DNA of 64,000 nt. It comes from Octopus sinensis (taxonomy: Eukaryota). The number at the start of each line of letters is the position of its first letter. Position 1 is the first letter of the stretch. The translations under genes and the position numbers were made by a program. The stretch spans positions 24,428,001 to 24,492,000 of the forward strand of contig NC_043007.1 of the NCBI RefSeq assembly GCF_006345805.1, written 5' to 3'. Positions 1-11,768 of the stretch are shown here, one piece after another. The notes under the pieces were generated by a model. That model searched no databases. It was not told the origin of the DNA and was given only the letters and a program-made list of their open reading frames with translations.

Positions 1-98
1 TCCCAGGTGAGGATCGAACTCACGACCTTCAGATTCCTCAACATGTTTTGTTTGATTATGAGACTGACTACTAAGGCATTCTACTGTGCTACCAAGGC
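1..98 (-). pseudogene. tRNA-Met-CAT: Elongator tRNA-Met(CAT) pseudogene retaining a 22-nt intron (35-56); the last ~2 nt lie beyond the window edge
   Basis: Minus strand reads GCCTTGGTAGCACAGTAG...GTCAGT-CT-CAT-A-[ATCAAACAAAACATGTTGAGGA]-ATCTGAAGGTCGTGAGTTCGATCCTCACCTGGGA. It matches eukaryotic tRNA-Met with an intact T arm/B box and an intron at the canonical 37/38 position. The D arm is disrupted. Confidence 0.88.
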
Positions 99-103
99 AT
101 CCT

Positions 104-145
104 AAAAATATGGAACATTTCATGAATTTATGTGCCATCCTTGTG
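104..145 (-). pseudogene. U6: 3'-terminal 42 nt of U6 snRNA, ending in TTTTT
   Basis: Minus strand CACAAGGATGGCACATAAATTCATGAAATGTTCCATATTTTT versus canonical U6 CGCAAGGATGACACGCAAATTCGTGAAGCGTTCCATATTTTT: 35/42 identical, all differences transitions, several at CpG. Confidence 0.88.
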
Positions 146-164
146 TGTCATATATATATTATAT

Positions 165-200
<36 letters not shown>

Positions 201-282
201 ATTATTCGAAACAGCTCTTTTACAGAAAGGGACACAGAAAAAAACAAAGAGAAAAAAAAATGTGTGTAGTAGTTACCGATCT

Positions 283-599
283 ACCCCCTTCTATCATGAA
301 TGACCATAGGATTGCACCTACAAAGTTCCCCTCCAAAGCACAAGTCCGAGCAAGGTTGTATATGGAAGACCAGGAATTGTCCATGGATACCAACCTCCTC
401 TCTCCATGCCACTGATGTTATCCAAGGGAAAAGCAAAGGCTGATACAACTTGGCACCAGTGATGTCACAACTCATTTCTGCAGCTGAGTGAACTGAAGCA
501 ACATGAAATAAAGTGCCTTGCTCAAGAACACAGCACACAGTCTGGCCTGGGAATCGAACATGCAGCTTCACGACAGTGAGCCCAACACTCTAACCACTG
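283..599 (-). mobile_element. tRNA-derived SINE (family E)
   Basis: Minus strand has a tRNA-like head (AGTGGTTAGAGTG...GTTCGATTCCC) followed by GTGTTCTTGAGCAAGGCACTTTATTTC. The 5' half is shared with 36325-36578 and 61940-62145. Confidence 0.75.
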
Positions 600-604
600 A
601 TACA

Positions 605-639
<35 letters not shown>

Positions 640-640
640 G

Positions 641-671
<31 letters not shown>

Positions 672-672
<1 letters not shown>

Positions 673-858
673 AAGGGAAAGTTTACAAAAATAAACAAAA
701 GACGAAGGCAGATGGAGTACAAACAAACAAATGTATTAGTATAGTGCTCAGGAATAGAAAAAGTCTTTTACGTTTCGAGCCTACGCTCTTTGACAGAAAG
801 ATACACAGAAAAAAACAAGGAGAAAAACAAGGAGAGAAAAAAATGCATGTAGGAGCTG
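672..858. mobile_element. Dispersed repeat fragment, possibly Penelope-like terminal sequence
   Basis: Contains the motif ttacgtttcgagc...gctctt; similar segments at ~198-280, ~21080-21245 and ~40050-40130. The class assignment is tentative. Confidence 0.45.
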
Positions 859-1339
859 TGTATGTGTATATATCATTTTTATTGCAATAGATACTTCACC
901 ATAGAGTGATATGGGAATATAATTCTAAACCTAAATGCAAACAAACCTTGAAGATACACAGGTAAACAGAGACAGAAGCAAGTTAAGATGGATGGTGTTC
1001 CTCACCCACCCCACGTTCCCCCACATACACAAGGTTTCTATTAATGACTTTATCTGTTTTAATACTCAGGTAGGAAGTGACTGAGATACATCCAGGTAAT
1101 ATAAACTATATTTCTCATCTAGGAAATATCATTAATCTCTCTCCCTCTCTCTCTCTCTTTCTCTCTCCTTTTCTCTGAATCACATATACACACACATATA
1201 ATGTACACTACACTGACATAGCTCCCCTCTCTCCCTCTCTTGCTCTGTTTGTCTGTCTGTGTGTCTGTTTACCTCTCACTATCTTAACTACTTTAGTATG
1301 TGTAAACACACATCAATACTCTCTTGTCTCCGTACAACT

Positions 1340-1343
1340 ATGC

Positions 1344-1381
<38 letters not shown>

Positions 1382-1604
1382 GTGTATATGTATGTATATG
1401 TATTTATATATATATGTATGTGTGTATATACATATATGCATACATACAAATATACATATATAAACACACACACACATATATATACACACACCATCACACA
1501 CAGATGCACATTATATATGAACATATATATACATGTACACTCACACACAGATATCGATATTCTCTTCCTGAACAACTATGCGCACATATGCAAACACTCA
1601 CATG

Positions 1605-1657
<53 letters not shown>

Positions 1658-1848
1658 CACACACACACACCCACATCAACACACCAAGAGCTATCAAAAA
1701 TTTTCTCCTGACAACAAGGTATGCATATATAAGTGCACAAGCACACACACACACATGCACCACATACACCCAAACAAAATACACACACACACACGCACAC
1801 ATGCACCATACACACCCAAACAAACATACACTCACACATACACACGCA
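1340..1848. repeat. Compound (TA)/(TG)/(CA) microsatellite
   Basis: Directly visible in the sequence. Confidence 0.95.
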
Positions 1849-2339
1849 GGTATTGAAATTCCCATCGCACTCACTTTCTATTTAAATGGAACCAATAAAA
1901 ATTCAGATAGTGTCTGTCAGTGTGTAAGACAGTAAATGCGTAAATACAGTGTGTGTAAGTGTTGTGTGTATAATGTGTGTATGAGTATTTGGTGGTGTGT
2001 GTGTGTGTTTGTGTAAAAACCCATATATATTTATTATTTGTCGAGAGACAAGATAACTTTATCTGAAATAGTTATGAAACAGTCATAAGATGTATTGGTG
2101 TTTTAATGAGACAGGTGCAGGTGGCTTAGTTGGTAGAGTGTTGGCCAACTGACTACTAGATCTTGAGTTCAAATCTATCAACCAATACGGTTTTTTTTTG
2201 TTAACTAAATGCATGGCTTTTTCAGTGATTAATAAGACCTACTTTAGTGTGTTGGCTAACTGAGTTTTAGCTTTTGAGCTCAAATGTATTAACCCACATC
2301 ACGTTGTGTACTTGACAGAAGGCATGGTTCTGTGCTTAA

Positions 2340-2743
2340 CCCTTTCATTTCTGTATTTATTTTGAGATGCTCTGTGTTTCTTTCAATTGATTTTAAATAT
2401 AACAAAGAATTTAGTAAAATAACATAGTTATCATTAATCTAGTGCTAGGAACATAAATTGTGACTAAGGTTTGGTGGAAGATTTTAATTCAAAACTTATG
2501 AAAACAGGACATTTGTACTACAGAGCCAGAGCCGGTTTCAGCAATTAGAGATGCTCTGTGTTTCAGTTACTTTAAATATTACAAAGAATTTAGTAAAATA
2601 ACATAGTTATCATTAAGCTAGTTTTAGGAACATAAATTGTGACTAAGGTTTGGTGGAAGATTTTAATTCAAAACTTATGAAAACAAGACATTTGTACTAC
2701 TGAGCCAAAGGCAATTTCATCTGGGTTGGTGGTCTCGAAAGGG
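2340..2743 (+). mobile_element. piggyBac-type MITE with an internal ~180-bp tandem duplication
   Basis: TTAA|CCCTTTC ... GAAAGGG|TTAA (TTAA at 2336-2339 and 2744-2747). The internal block gagatgctctgtgtttc...gacatttgtactac occurs twice. A monomeric copy lies at 59728-59949. Confidence 0.88.
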
Positions 2744-2876
2744 TTAACAAGTTCCACTTCACACAACTAGATAGCTCCTGGTTCAATCTCACTGGGCAAG
2801 GGTCTTCTGTTGTAGCCTTATGAATGAGGCTGGCAAGCTAAAACAGTGGAGGGCCTGTCAGGGACTGTTTCTTTTA

Positions 2877-3207
2877 TCTCTTGGAGACCTTGGGTGGTAG
2901 ACTTAAACTGTAACCCAGTTTAATATCACTTTCTAACTCTTGGAAGCCTTTGAGTAGTAGATTTAATCTGTGGCCTTTCCTAATGCCACAGTTTAACTCT
3001 TGGAAGCCAAAGATATCCTAAGATAGTAGACTAAATTTATGGCTCAGTTTAATACTTCAATCTAATTCTTGAAAGCTTTAAGGAGGGTACTCATGGGTGG
3101 TAGATTAATCTGTAATCTGATTTAATACCACCATCTAACTATTGAAAGCCTTTAGTCAGTTTCCTTTGGGTGGCAGACTTCACATGTGGCTTGGTTTAAT
3201 CCTTACT
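2877..3207. repeat. Degenerate tandem repeat, ~5 units of 60-75 bp
   Basis: Recurring ctcttg(g/a)aagcc...gtggtagattaatctgt...tttaata...tctaa units. Confidence 0.7.
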
Positions 3208-3342
3208 GTGTGGAAGCTGAGTATACTTGGTTCCAGGCATGTGCACTTGAGACATGGTTACTGAGTTACTCATTTTTGATAGTAGAGTACTTTCTGGAAT
3301 TTTTCATATTTCATATAATATCATGTATACATTATATTTTTA

Positions 3343-3690
3343 CTGAACCACATGGTTCTGGGTTCAGTCCCACTGTGTGGCAACTTGGGCAACTGTCTTC
3401 TACTATAGCCTCGGGCCGACCAAAGCCTTGTGAGTGAATTTGGTAGACGGAAACTGAAAGAAGCCCGTTATATATATGTATGTGTGTGTGTGTGTATGTG
3501 TTTGTCCCCCCCAACATCGCTCGATATCCGATGCTGGTGTGTTTATGTCCCCGTCATTTATCAGTTCAGCAAATTAGACTGATATAATAAGTACTAGGCT
3601 TACAAAGAACAACTCCTGGGGTCGATTTGCTTGACTGAAGGCGGTGCTCCAGCATGGCCACAGTCAAATGACTGAAACAAGTAAAAGAGT
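3343..3690 (+). mobile_element. SINE family A (5'-eroded)
   Basis: Matches the full copy at 20553-20969. Confidence 0.88.
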
Positions 3691-4257
3691 AAAAGAATAG
3701 AAAGAGGTTGCAAGAATTCAGTCTCTCAATATTAGGAAGCAAAAATTTCATCAATGCAGTGAGGGTTATCAAAAACTCTCATGGAACTTTTCTAGCTCAG
3801 ATATTCCAGCCATGACCATCCTGTCCTTTTTTTTATTAAGTATAAGGAATCCAAGGCTACACAAATCAAATGACAAGGTATCTAGTGACTTGAAGGTGAT
3901 TTGGCTGCTATTTCTAGCAAGTCAAGCAAACCAAGTAAAGATTCCTCTGTTGGAAGGACTTGGACTGGAGTTGGGTGGAGATCAGAAATCAGGATTAAAG
4001 AATGCTGTAGCAGATGTTAACGGATGTTTACATAATCTATTTCTGCCGAAGATTAGGATTAAATGTTGATCAGGATCCAAGAAAAAAAAATCCACTCCCA
4101 CTAGCTCTCCGACCGTCATCACCACCACCACCACCACCACCGATAGCACTATGATACATGCTAACAAGAAAATGTCATACAAAGTATGGAACTAAACATT
4201 TGGTTAAGATAATTCTTATTTTCAATGTATTCTCAGATGAGAGGAAATTATATTATA

Positions 4258-5471
4258 CAGGTTGTTCAGGCTAAATTTGATGATCTTTTATGTCTTTTCT
4301 CCAGAACAGCTAGATCTATTAGTGAATAGTCAATGGCGTTGGAGAGCATAAAGATTGAAGTGGTAGGTGAGAAAAGGTTAGCTGACACAGAGGACTGGAA
4401 GCCATCTGAATATTGGAAAAGAGTTTACCTGTATCATGATGATTTGTTCTGGGTGTCAAAGTGCTGAAATCATGATTGTGGCTCAATGCTCTGTGAACAC
4501 TATAAAGGCTGTAAAATGTGACATGGACAGATGCAAAGGAGACTACAAGGCTGTGGCCAGCAGGAAGGGACACAACAAGCATTCTGACTGCATCTGCATA
4601 TTGGGATTCATCCGACTACTGCAGGACAAAGTGATGAAAGATCTGAGTAAGGGAATCCAGGCTTTGACAAGACATGGGTGTTGGACTTGCCACCATGAAG
4701 TGGGCCCTGAATGAGGACTTTTGCTACCATTTATACAAGAGACAAATTCTGACATCCGAGGTCAAAGACAATTGCTTAATGAAAGCAAAGAAGCTCCTGA
4801 ACAAACTGATGCATCCTGTTGAGATGGGGATAATCTGGTTCTTCTCAGATGAAAAGAACTTCTGCTAAGACCAGTTGGACAACACCCAGAACAACAAGGT
4901 GGCTTGCCTACAATCCATGTGATTTCACATATATCACAAAAATCAAGTTCCCCCCAAACTGTGATGGTCTTAAGATCAATTCAGACAACTGTATGAAGCA
5001 ACTGGAGAGAGTTGCTGCTGGAAGGCCATATGTGTGGTAGCAGGATCAGACACCTTGCCAAACCACCAGGAAGAGTCAGAAGTAATTGTCAGATAATTTC
5101 TATGACTCCACCAGCCCCAGTTTCCAGCCTCCAAATTCTTTCTATTTTAATCCTTTGCATTACTATATTTGGAGTGTGGTTGAGAAAGATACCAACTGCT
5201 CTGCCTGCAACACCAAGGCTGAATTGGTGACCAGGATCAAGGAAGTGCTCAAACATCTTTCCAAGAACACAGTGAGAATGCATACATCAGGTTTCAGAGC
5301 TACTTTGAGTCCACGGTAAAAGCTGAGGGTGGCTACTTTTATTAAATTTTTATCTCCAAGCCATAATCTAACTGACATTTAAAAAAAATTTTAAATACTT
5401 TTATTCTTGTATTGGATATCGTATTTTCTTTCCCTTTTATGCAAACTGTTAAATTTAGACCAAGCGTCATG
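4258..5471 (+). mobile_element. Decayed Tc1/mariner-superfamily transposon, probably maT/DD37D-like; transposase pseudogene
   Basis: TA|CAGGTTGTTCAGGCTAAATTTGA at the left end and a degenerate inverted copy (ctgttaaatttagacc) at the right. Frameshifted peptides IIWFFSDEKNF and PPNSFYFNPLHYYIWSVVEK resemble the DDD catalytic motifs (FSDEK; PPxSPDLNPLDYxxWS). Confidence 0.85.
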
Positions 5472-5919
5472 CCTATTTATTCATTAATCTGCACATAGTT
5501 TTAAATATATAAAAAAAAAATTACACAAAACTGTGGGAGGCTGAAGTCAGTAAAACCAGCTCAGCTAAATATGACTTTTTTCCTATACTGCAAAACTCAA
5601 AAATATATACGCTAAAATCTTTTTCTTATATAATAGACTTGAAGCAACATGCAAATATGCAGTGCTAAAACAGCTGTGCCAAAACCTCTCCTATCTATAC
5701 ATACATATTTGACAAGCACAATATGCTGGTTGTGTGTGTGTAGGTAAATCTGTGTGTGCACAGTCATGGACATGTGGTTAAGAAGTTTACCTTGTAATAG
5801 CTATGTTTTGGGTTCAATCCTACAGTGTGGCATCTTGTGCATGTATCATTGACCCAGGTCTTTTGAGAGAAACTGGATTTTTGTGGTCATTGTTTAACAA
5901 TTTAACCCATGCCAGCCTT

Positions 5920-6150
5920 ATTTCTTTATTGGCCACAAGGGGCTAAACATAGAGGAGACAAACAAGGACAGACAAACGGATTAAGTCGATTACATCGACT
6001 CCAGTGTGTAACTGGTACTTAATTTATCGAACTCGAAAGGATGAAAGGCAAAGTCGACCTCGGTGGAATTTGAACTCAGAACGTAGCGGCAGACAAAATA
6101 CCGCTAAGCATTTTGCCCTGCGTGCTAACGATTCTGCCAGCTCGCCGCCT
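5920..6150 (-). mobile_element. SINE family B (tRNA-like head, Deu/Nin-like central motif)
   Basis: Head GGCGGCGAGCTGGCAGAA...GAGTTCAAATTCC; core GCCTTTCATCCTTTCG.GTCGATAAATTAAGTACCAG; flanking direct repeat ccatgccagcctt at 5907-5919 and 6156-6168. Confidence 0.9.
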
Positions 6151-6604
6151 TAAATCCATGCCAGCCTTGATCAAGCAAACTTATTATCAAAGACATTCTA
6201 ACTGTGGCCATCCCATTTTTCCCAAAATGCAGGTAATCTAAGGCCACGTCATCCAATATGGTTTTGGGCCCTTTATTTTTATAACTATAGGGTGTGACTG
6301 AGGGAGTATCCTTCTTTTTTATGATGATTAGGTGAGGTTTGAAAGAGAATTGACTGTTATTTCAACAGGACAAGAAAGCCCTTCATTGATTCATGCATTT
6401 AAAATTGAGTGTATGGAAACTGTGCAGAAGCCTAGCAAAGAGATTGTACTGAGTCACACTGATTCTGCTTGAAGATTTATATTAAGCACACAAATGTCTA
6501 AGGTTAACTCAGCCACAGGTATGTTGCTGACACAATGAATGAATTGTTCAATTAATCAAGCAACAGAAATACTTGGTGTTGAAAACCCACAACGGATCCA
6601 TTAG

Positions 6605-6688
6605 CATGTGAGTTTGTCTGTGCGTGCGCACGCGCGCGCGTGTGTGTGTGTGTATGTGTATGTGTTTGTGTGTTTCTGTATGAATACG

Positions 6689-6738
<50 letters not shown>

Positions 6739-6756
6739 CATATACATTTATGTATA

Positions 6757-6816
<60 letters not shown>

Positions 6817-7006
6817 GTCTTTGTGTATGTATGTATATATGAAAGTATGTCTGTGTGTATATGTATGTAAGGGAGTATATTTGTGTGTAAATATATGTGA
6901 GTACATGTGTGTGTGTGTGTACATGTAAATGTATATTAGTGTGTATATATATATGTATGAATATATTACACTCATATGTATATGTACATCTGTGTGTGTG
7001 TATATA

Positions 7007-7078
<72 letters not shown>

Positions 7079-7308
7079 CACACACACACATATATATATA
7101 CACACACACATATATATACATAGACACATACACACACACACACACATATATATATATACATACATACACATACACACACATATATATATATACACACACA
7201 CACATATATAAATATATATATAAAACACAAACACAAACACACATACACACATATATATATATATATGTAGATCTGTGTGTATACGTGTGTCTGTATGTAT
7301 GTGTGTAA
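6605..7308. repeat. Compound (TG)/(CA)/(TA) microsatellite
   Basis: Directly visible in the sequence. Confidence 0.95.
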
Positions 7309-7769
7309 GCAAGTATCATCACATTTAATCTACCAGAGCCGAACCAAGAAGTTTGGTTTATTTCTTTCTTTTGTTTGTGTATTTTCGTATTAAATTCCAT
7401 ATTATATCCGTTGCCTTCGTATCATTAATTGAGAACCTAGCAGCAGCTCTTTCTCTCGCTTCATGCCGCCACCACTCACCATTACTCACCACCACTCACC
7501 ACTCACCGTCACTCACTTCCCTTTCTTATTCCACGTATCTCTAACATTCCTAACAGTCATTGTTTATCTTCTTCATTCTGTAGTCATCAGTGGGTTTTTT
7601 TCTGTTTTTTTTTTTAACCAACCATTATTTTTTTTGCTTTTTTAAAAACATTTTTCCTTTGAATTTTTGAAAATTTATTTTCTCTTTTTGATTTTGATTT
7701 TATATCTTTTTTTCTTTATTTGCTAATTTATTTTATGTAATTATTTCCTTATTTGTGTATTTCTTCATT

Positions 7770-7771
7770 TC

Positions 7772-7804
<33 letters not shown>

Positions 7805-7843
7805 TACATACATACATTACATATATAATATATATATATATAT

Positions 7844-7876
<33 letters not shown>

Positions 7877-7990
7877 AATATATATACATACATATACATA
7901 CATACATATATATATATATACACATACATATATATATATACACACACACACACATATATATATATACATACACACACATATATATATATT
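7770..7990. repeat. (TA)/(CA) microsatellite
   Basis: Directly visible in the sequence. Confidence 0.95.
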
Positions 7991-8749
7991 ATTGTAATCA
8001 TTACACTAGCAAATTATTTACATTGTATTAGGTTTTTATGCTGCTTATTGCTGTTGCTGTTGTTACAACATCTGCTACTGCTGCTGCTGTTACTACCACT
8101 GTGATTGTTACTATCACACACACACACACACACACACATATGTGCATGCACACACACATATGTGCATGCACACACACACATATACGTGCACACCTGAAGA
8201 TCCAAGGCTGTAGACAAGAGAAGGCCTCTGATTGATTGATAAAGGTTCAATCACTAAAGCACAGCAATTACTGATTTTTACCACCTGGGACAATGTTGCC
8301 CGTTACTACACCTGCCTAAAACATCCTTGATCTAATTCCCACCCATAAAAGAGCCATTGCACTGATTAACATGGGTCCCCACCATCACCACCACTACCAC
8401 TATCACCACTTCCACCACCACCATCACCACCTTCAACAAACAATAACAACGACAACAACAAGAAACAACACACTGCAGTAATTCTATACTACAACTAAAA
8501 GTAGGCCACTGAGTTGAATCACAAAAATTGAATCACTGATACATTATAACCATGGATACAAATATCTTCTGCAATCTTGCTTGCACACACACACATGCAT
8601 GCATCAATGGATATATGCACACGCACATATACAAGCATTCTAGACCACTTCCAAAAGACAGTCACCCAAGTGACTGACACTGATATATTTAACAACACAG
8701 CAACTGGCTCGTGTATCAGAACATAAAATATGAAGGTGTTGTCAGAAGA

Positions 8750-10160
8750 TAGATAGCTTGTTAAGCAGAATGGTGATAAATAGCTTAATTACCAGATTGC
8801 TGACAGATAACTCGACTACCAGAAGGGGGATAGAGAGCTAAACAACCAGAGGGGTGATAGATAGCTTGACTATTAGCATGGTGATAGCTTGACTACCATA
8901 AGAGTGATAGAGAGCTTAACTACCAGAAGGATGATAAAGAGCTTGACTACCAGAACGGTGATAGAGAGCTTGACTACCAGAAGGGTGATAGAGGGCTTAG
9001 CTACCAGTAGGGTGATAGCTTGACTACCAGAAGGGTAATAGAGAGCTTGACTATTAGCATGGTGATAGCTTAACTACCAGAAGGATGATAAAGAGCTTGA
9101 CTACCAGAACGGTGATAGAGAGCTTGACTACCAGAACGGTGATAGAGAGCTTGACTACCAGAAGGGTGATAGCTTGACTACCAGAAGGATGATAGAGAGC
9201 TTGACTACCAGAACGGTGATGGAGAGCTTGACTACCAGAAGGGTGATAGAGGGCTTAGCTACCAGTAGGGTGATAGCTTGACTACCAGAAGGGTAATAGA
9301 GAGCTTGACTATTAGCATGGTAATAGCTTGACTACCAGAAGGGTGATAGAGAGCTTGACTGCCAGAATGATAACTTAACTACCAGAAGGGTAATAGAGAG
9401 CTTAACTACCAGAGGGTGATAGAAAGCTTGACTATTAACATAGTAATAGCTTAACTACCAGAACAGTAATAGAGAGCCTGACTACCAGAAGGATGATAGA
9501 GGGCTTAACTACCAGAAAGGTGATAGCTTGACTACCAGAAGGGTGATAAAGAGCTTGACTATTAGCATGAAGATAGCTTACTACAAGAAGTGTGATGGAG
9601 AGCTTAACTACCAAAATGGTGTTAGAGAGCTTGACTACTAGAAGGTTGATAGAGAATTTGACTACAAGAAGGGTGAGAGAGAGCTTGGCTTCCAGAAGGG
9701 TGAGAGAGAGAGAGAGCTTGACTACCAGAAGGGTGATAGAGAGCTTGACTATTAACATGGTAATAGCTTAACTATCAGAAGCATGATAGAGAGCTTGATT
9801 ACCAGAAAGGTGAGAGAGAGATCTTGGCTATAAGCATGGTGATAGCTTGACAACCAGAAGTGTGATAGAAAGCTTGACTCTCAGGAGGGTGATAGAGAGC
9901 TTGACTATTTGCATGGTGATAGCTTGACTACCGTAATGGTGATAAATAGCTTGATTATCAAAATAGTGATAACCAGACTAACATTAGATGTGGCTTGTCA
10001 ACCACACTGGTGACATCTTAGCTAGAAGAAAGACAATAAATAGCCTGTGTACCAGAATGTCAATAGCCTGACTTGCAGTATAGCAATAGATTGCTTGACC
10101 GTCAGATTGGTGATAGCCTGACTATCAGAATAGTTAACAGTTTGATTCCATAGTGGTGAT
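8750..10160. repeat. 27/23-bp minisatellite (GAGCTTGACTACCAGAAGGGTGATAGA; variant GCTTGACTATTAGCATGGTGATA)
   Basis: Dozens of tandem units; homogeneous core ~8850-9950 with decayed edges. Confidence 0.95.
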
Positions 10161-10721
10161 AATTTGATAATCATTCCCAGTCCTTTTATGATGGATTTTG
10201 CTGTGTTATGTAACAAGAATTGTGACAGTTCTCAATGAATTATTACCAGGAGAAAGGAGAACAGATTAGATTAGATTGATTAATTTCCAGACATATTGAA
10301 ATGTGAAGAACAGGTGATGTGCACCATTCTTTCCTGCTTCGCTCGATAATACTGTTGAATGACACAATCTTTGGTAAGTCAATTTCAAAAGAGAAATATA
10401 TCATTTTCTACTCAGGACTGAGATTAAAAATATCCCTGACGCCAACAGATTATTGAGAGCTGGATGTATGTAGATACGTATATGAGTGTTTGTGAACAGA
10501 CACGCATGCACACACACACACACACATGTATGTATTATACATCTATATTTATGTTTATACATAGATAAAAATATGAATCCGCACACATACACACTACATT
10601 ATGTATTATATATCTGTTTTGTATATAAAATTGATATGTACACACACACACACACAGACAAAGACATATTATGTATGATATATCTGTCTATGTATATACA
10701 TAAATATAAATTTGTGTCTGT

Positions 10722-10775
<54 letters not shown>

Positions 10776-10854
10776 GTGTATAAATGTGTGTGTATAAATA
10801 TATATATTATGTGATAGTATGAGCACATCTACGACTCAGGATTGAATGAATTAT

Positions 10855-10925
<71 letters not shown>

Positions 10926-11506
10926 ATGAGAGTAAGAAGTAGTGAGGTGCAATGTGACAGAGGAAAGGAAGACAAAAGAGCAGGGAGAGAGATCAAAGAA
11001 TTGTTTTCAAATTTTTTTTACCAATGTTCGCATACAACATATTTATGTATCACCACCACCACCACCACCATAACCACTACCACCATCATCATCAACATCA
11101 TCATCATCTTAATGTCCATTTTGCCATGCTTGCAAAGCTCAGACAGAGGGAGTAAAAAGACCCTAAATAAATAAGTATTGCTTTTGACTGCTATAGAAAG
11201 AATTGATTGGGAAAATAAACCATAGTAGGATTTGAACTCAGAGTGCAGAAGACGACAGCCAGAACGAATATTCCAAAGTGTTGTATGATGCTCTGCTGAT
11301 GAAATTGAAACCAGACATGGTCGATGCTCAATTCAAACAGCACCGAGGTAAACTTGTTTCTCATGTCCCAGAACCATTCCATAACAAATAAACAATCAAC
11401 GACACTAAATCATCATCAGAATTCCCTCATTGTCAAAGGGTAATTTTCAAGGTTTCCGAAATCCTGGGGCCATTTGATAATGAGCTCAATCAGTGTAGAG
11501 GTGAAG

Positions 11507-11768
11507 ACGGCGAGCTGGCAGAAACGTTAGCACGCTGGGTGAAATGCATAGCCGTATTTCGTCTGCCGTTATGTTCCGAGTTCAAATTCCGCCTGCCGTT
11601 ATGTTCCGAGTTCAAATTCCGCCGAGGTCGACTTTACCTTTCATCCTTTCGGGGTCGATAAATTAAGTACCAGTTACACACTGGGGTCGATGTAATCGAC
11701 TTAATCCATTTGTCTCTCCTTGTTTGTCCCCTCTGTGTTTAGGCCCTTGTGGGTAGTAAAGAAATAGG
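11507..11768 (+). mobile_element. SINE family B with a 30-bp internal duplication
   Basis: Matches 59313-59543; ctgccgttatgttccgagttcaaattccgc is repeated at 11563-11592 and 11593-11622. Confidence 0.9.

Noticed and set aside
8750-10160. CRISPR-like appearance, and a 107-aa LSITLLVVK ORF (9435-9758)
   Set aside because: Units are contiguous with no unique spacers, there are no cas genes, the context is eukaryotic, and 23-bp units break the frame.
10291-10373. ttccAG ... GTAAGT bounded 83-nt exon-like segment
   Set aside because: Stops in all three frames and a weak pyrimidine tract; it can only be a non-coding exon, which the sequence alone cannot support.
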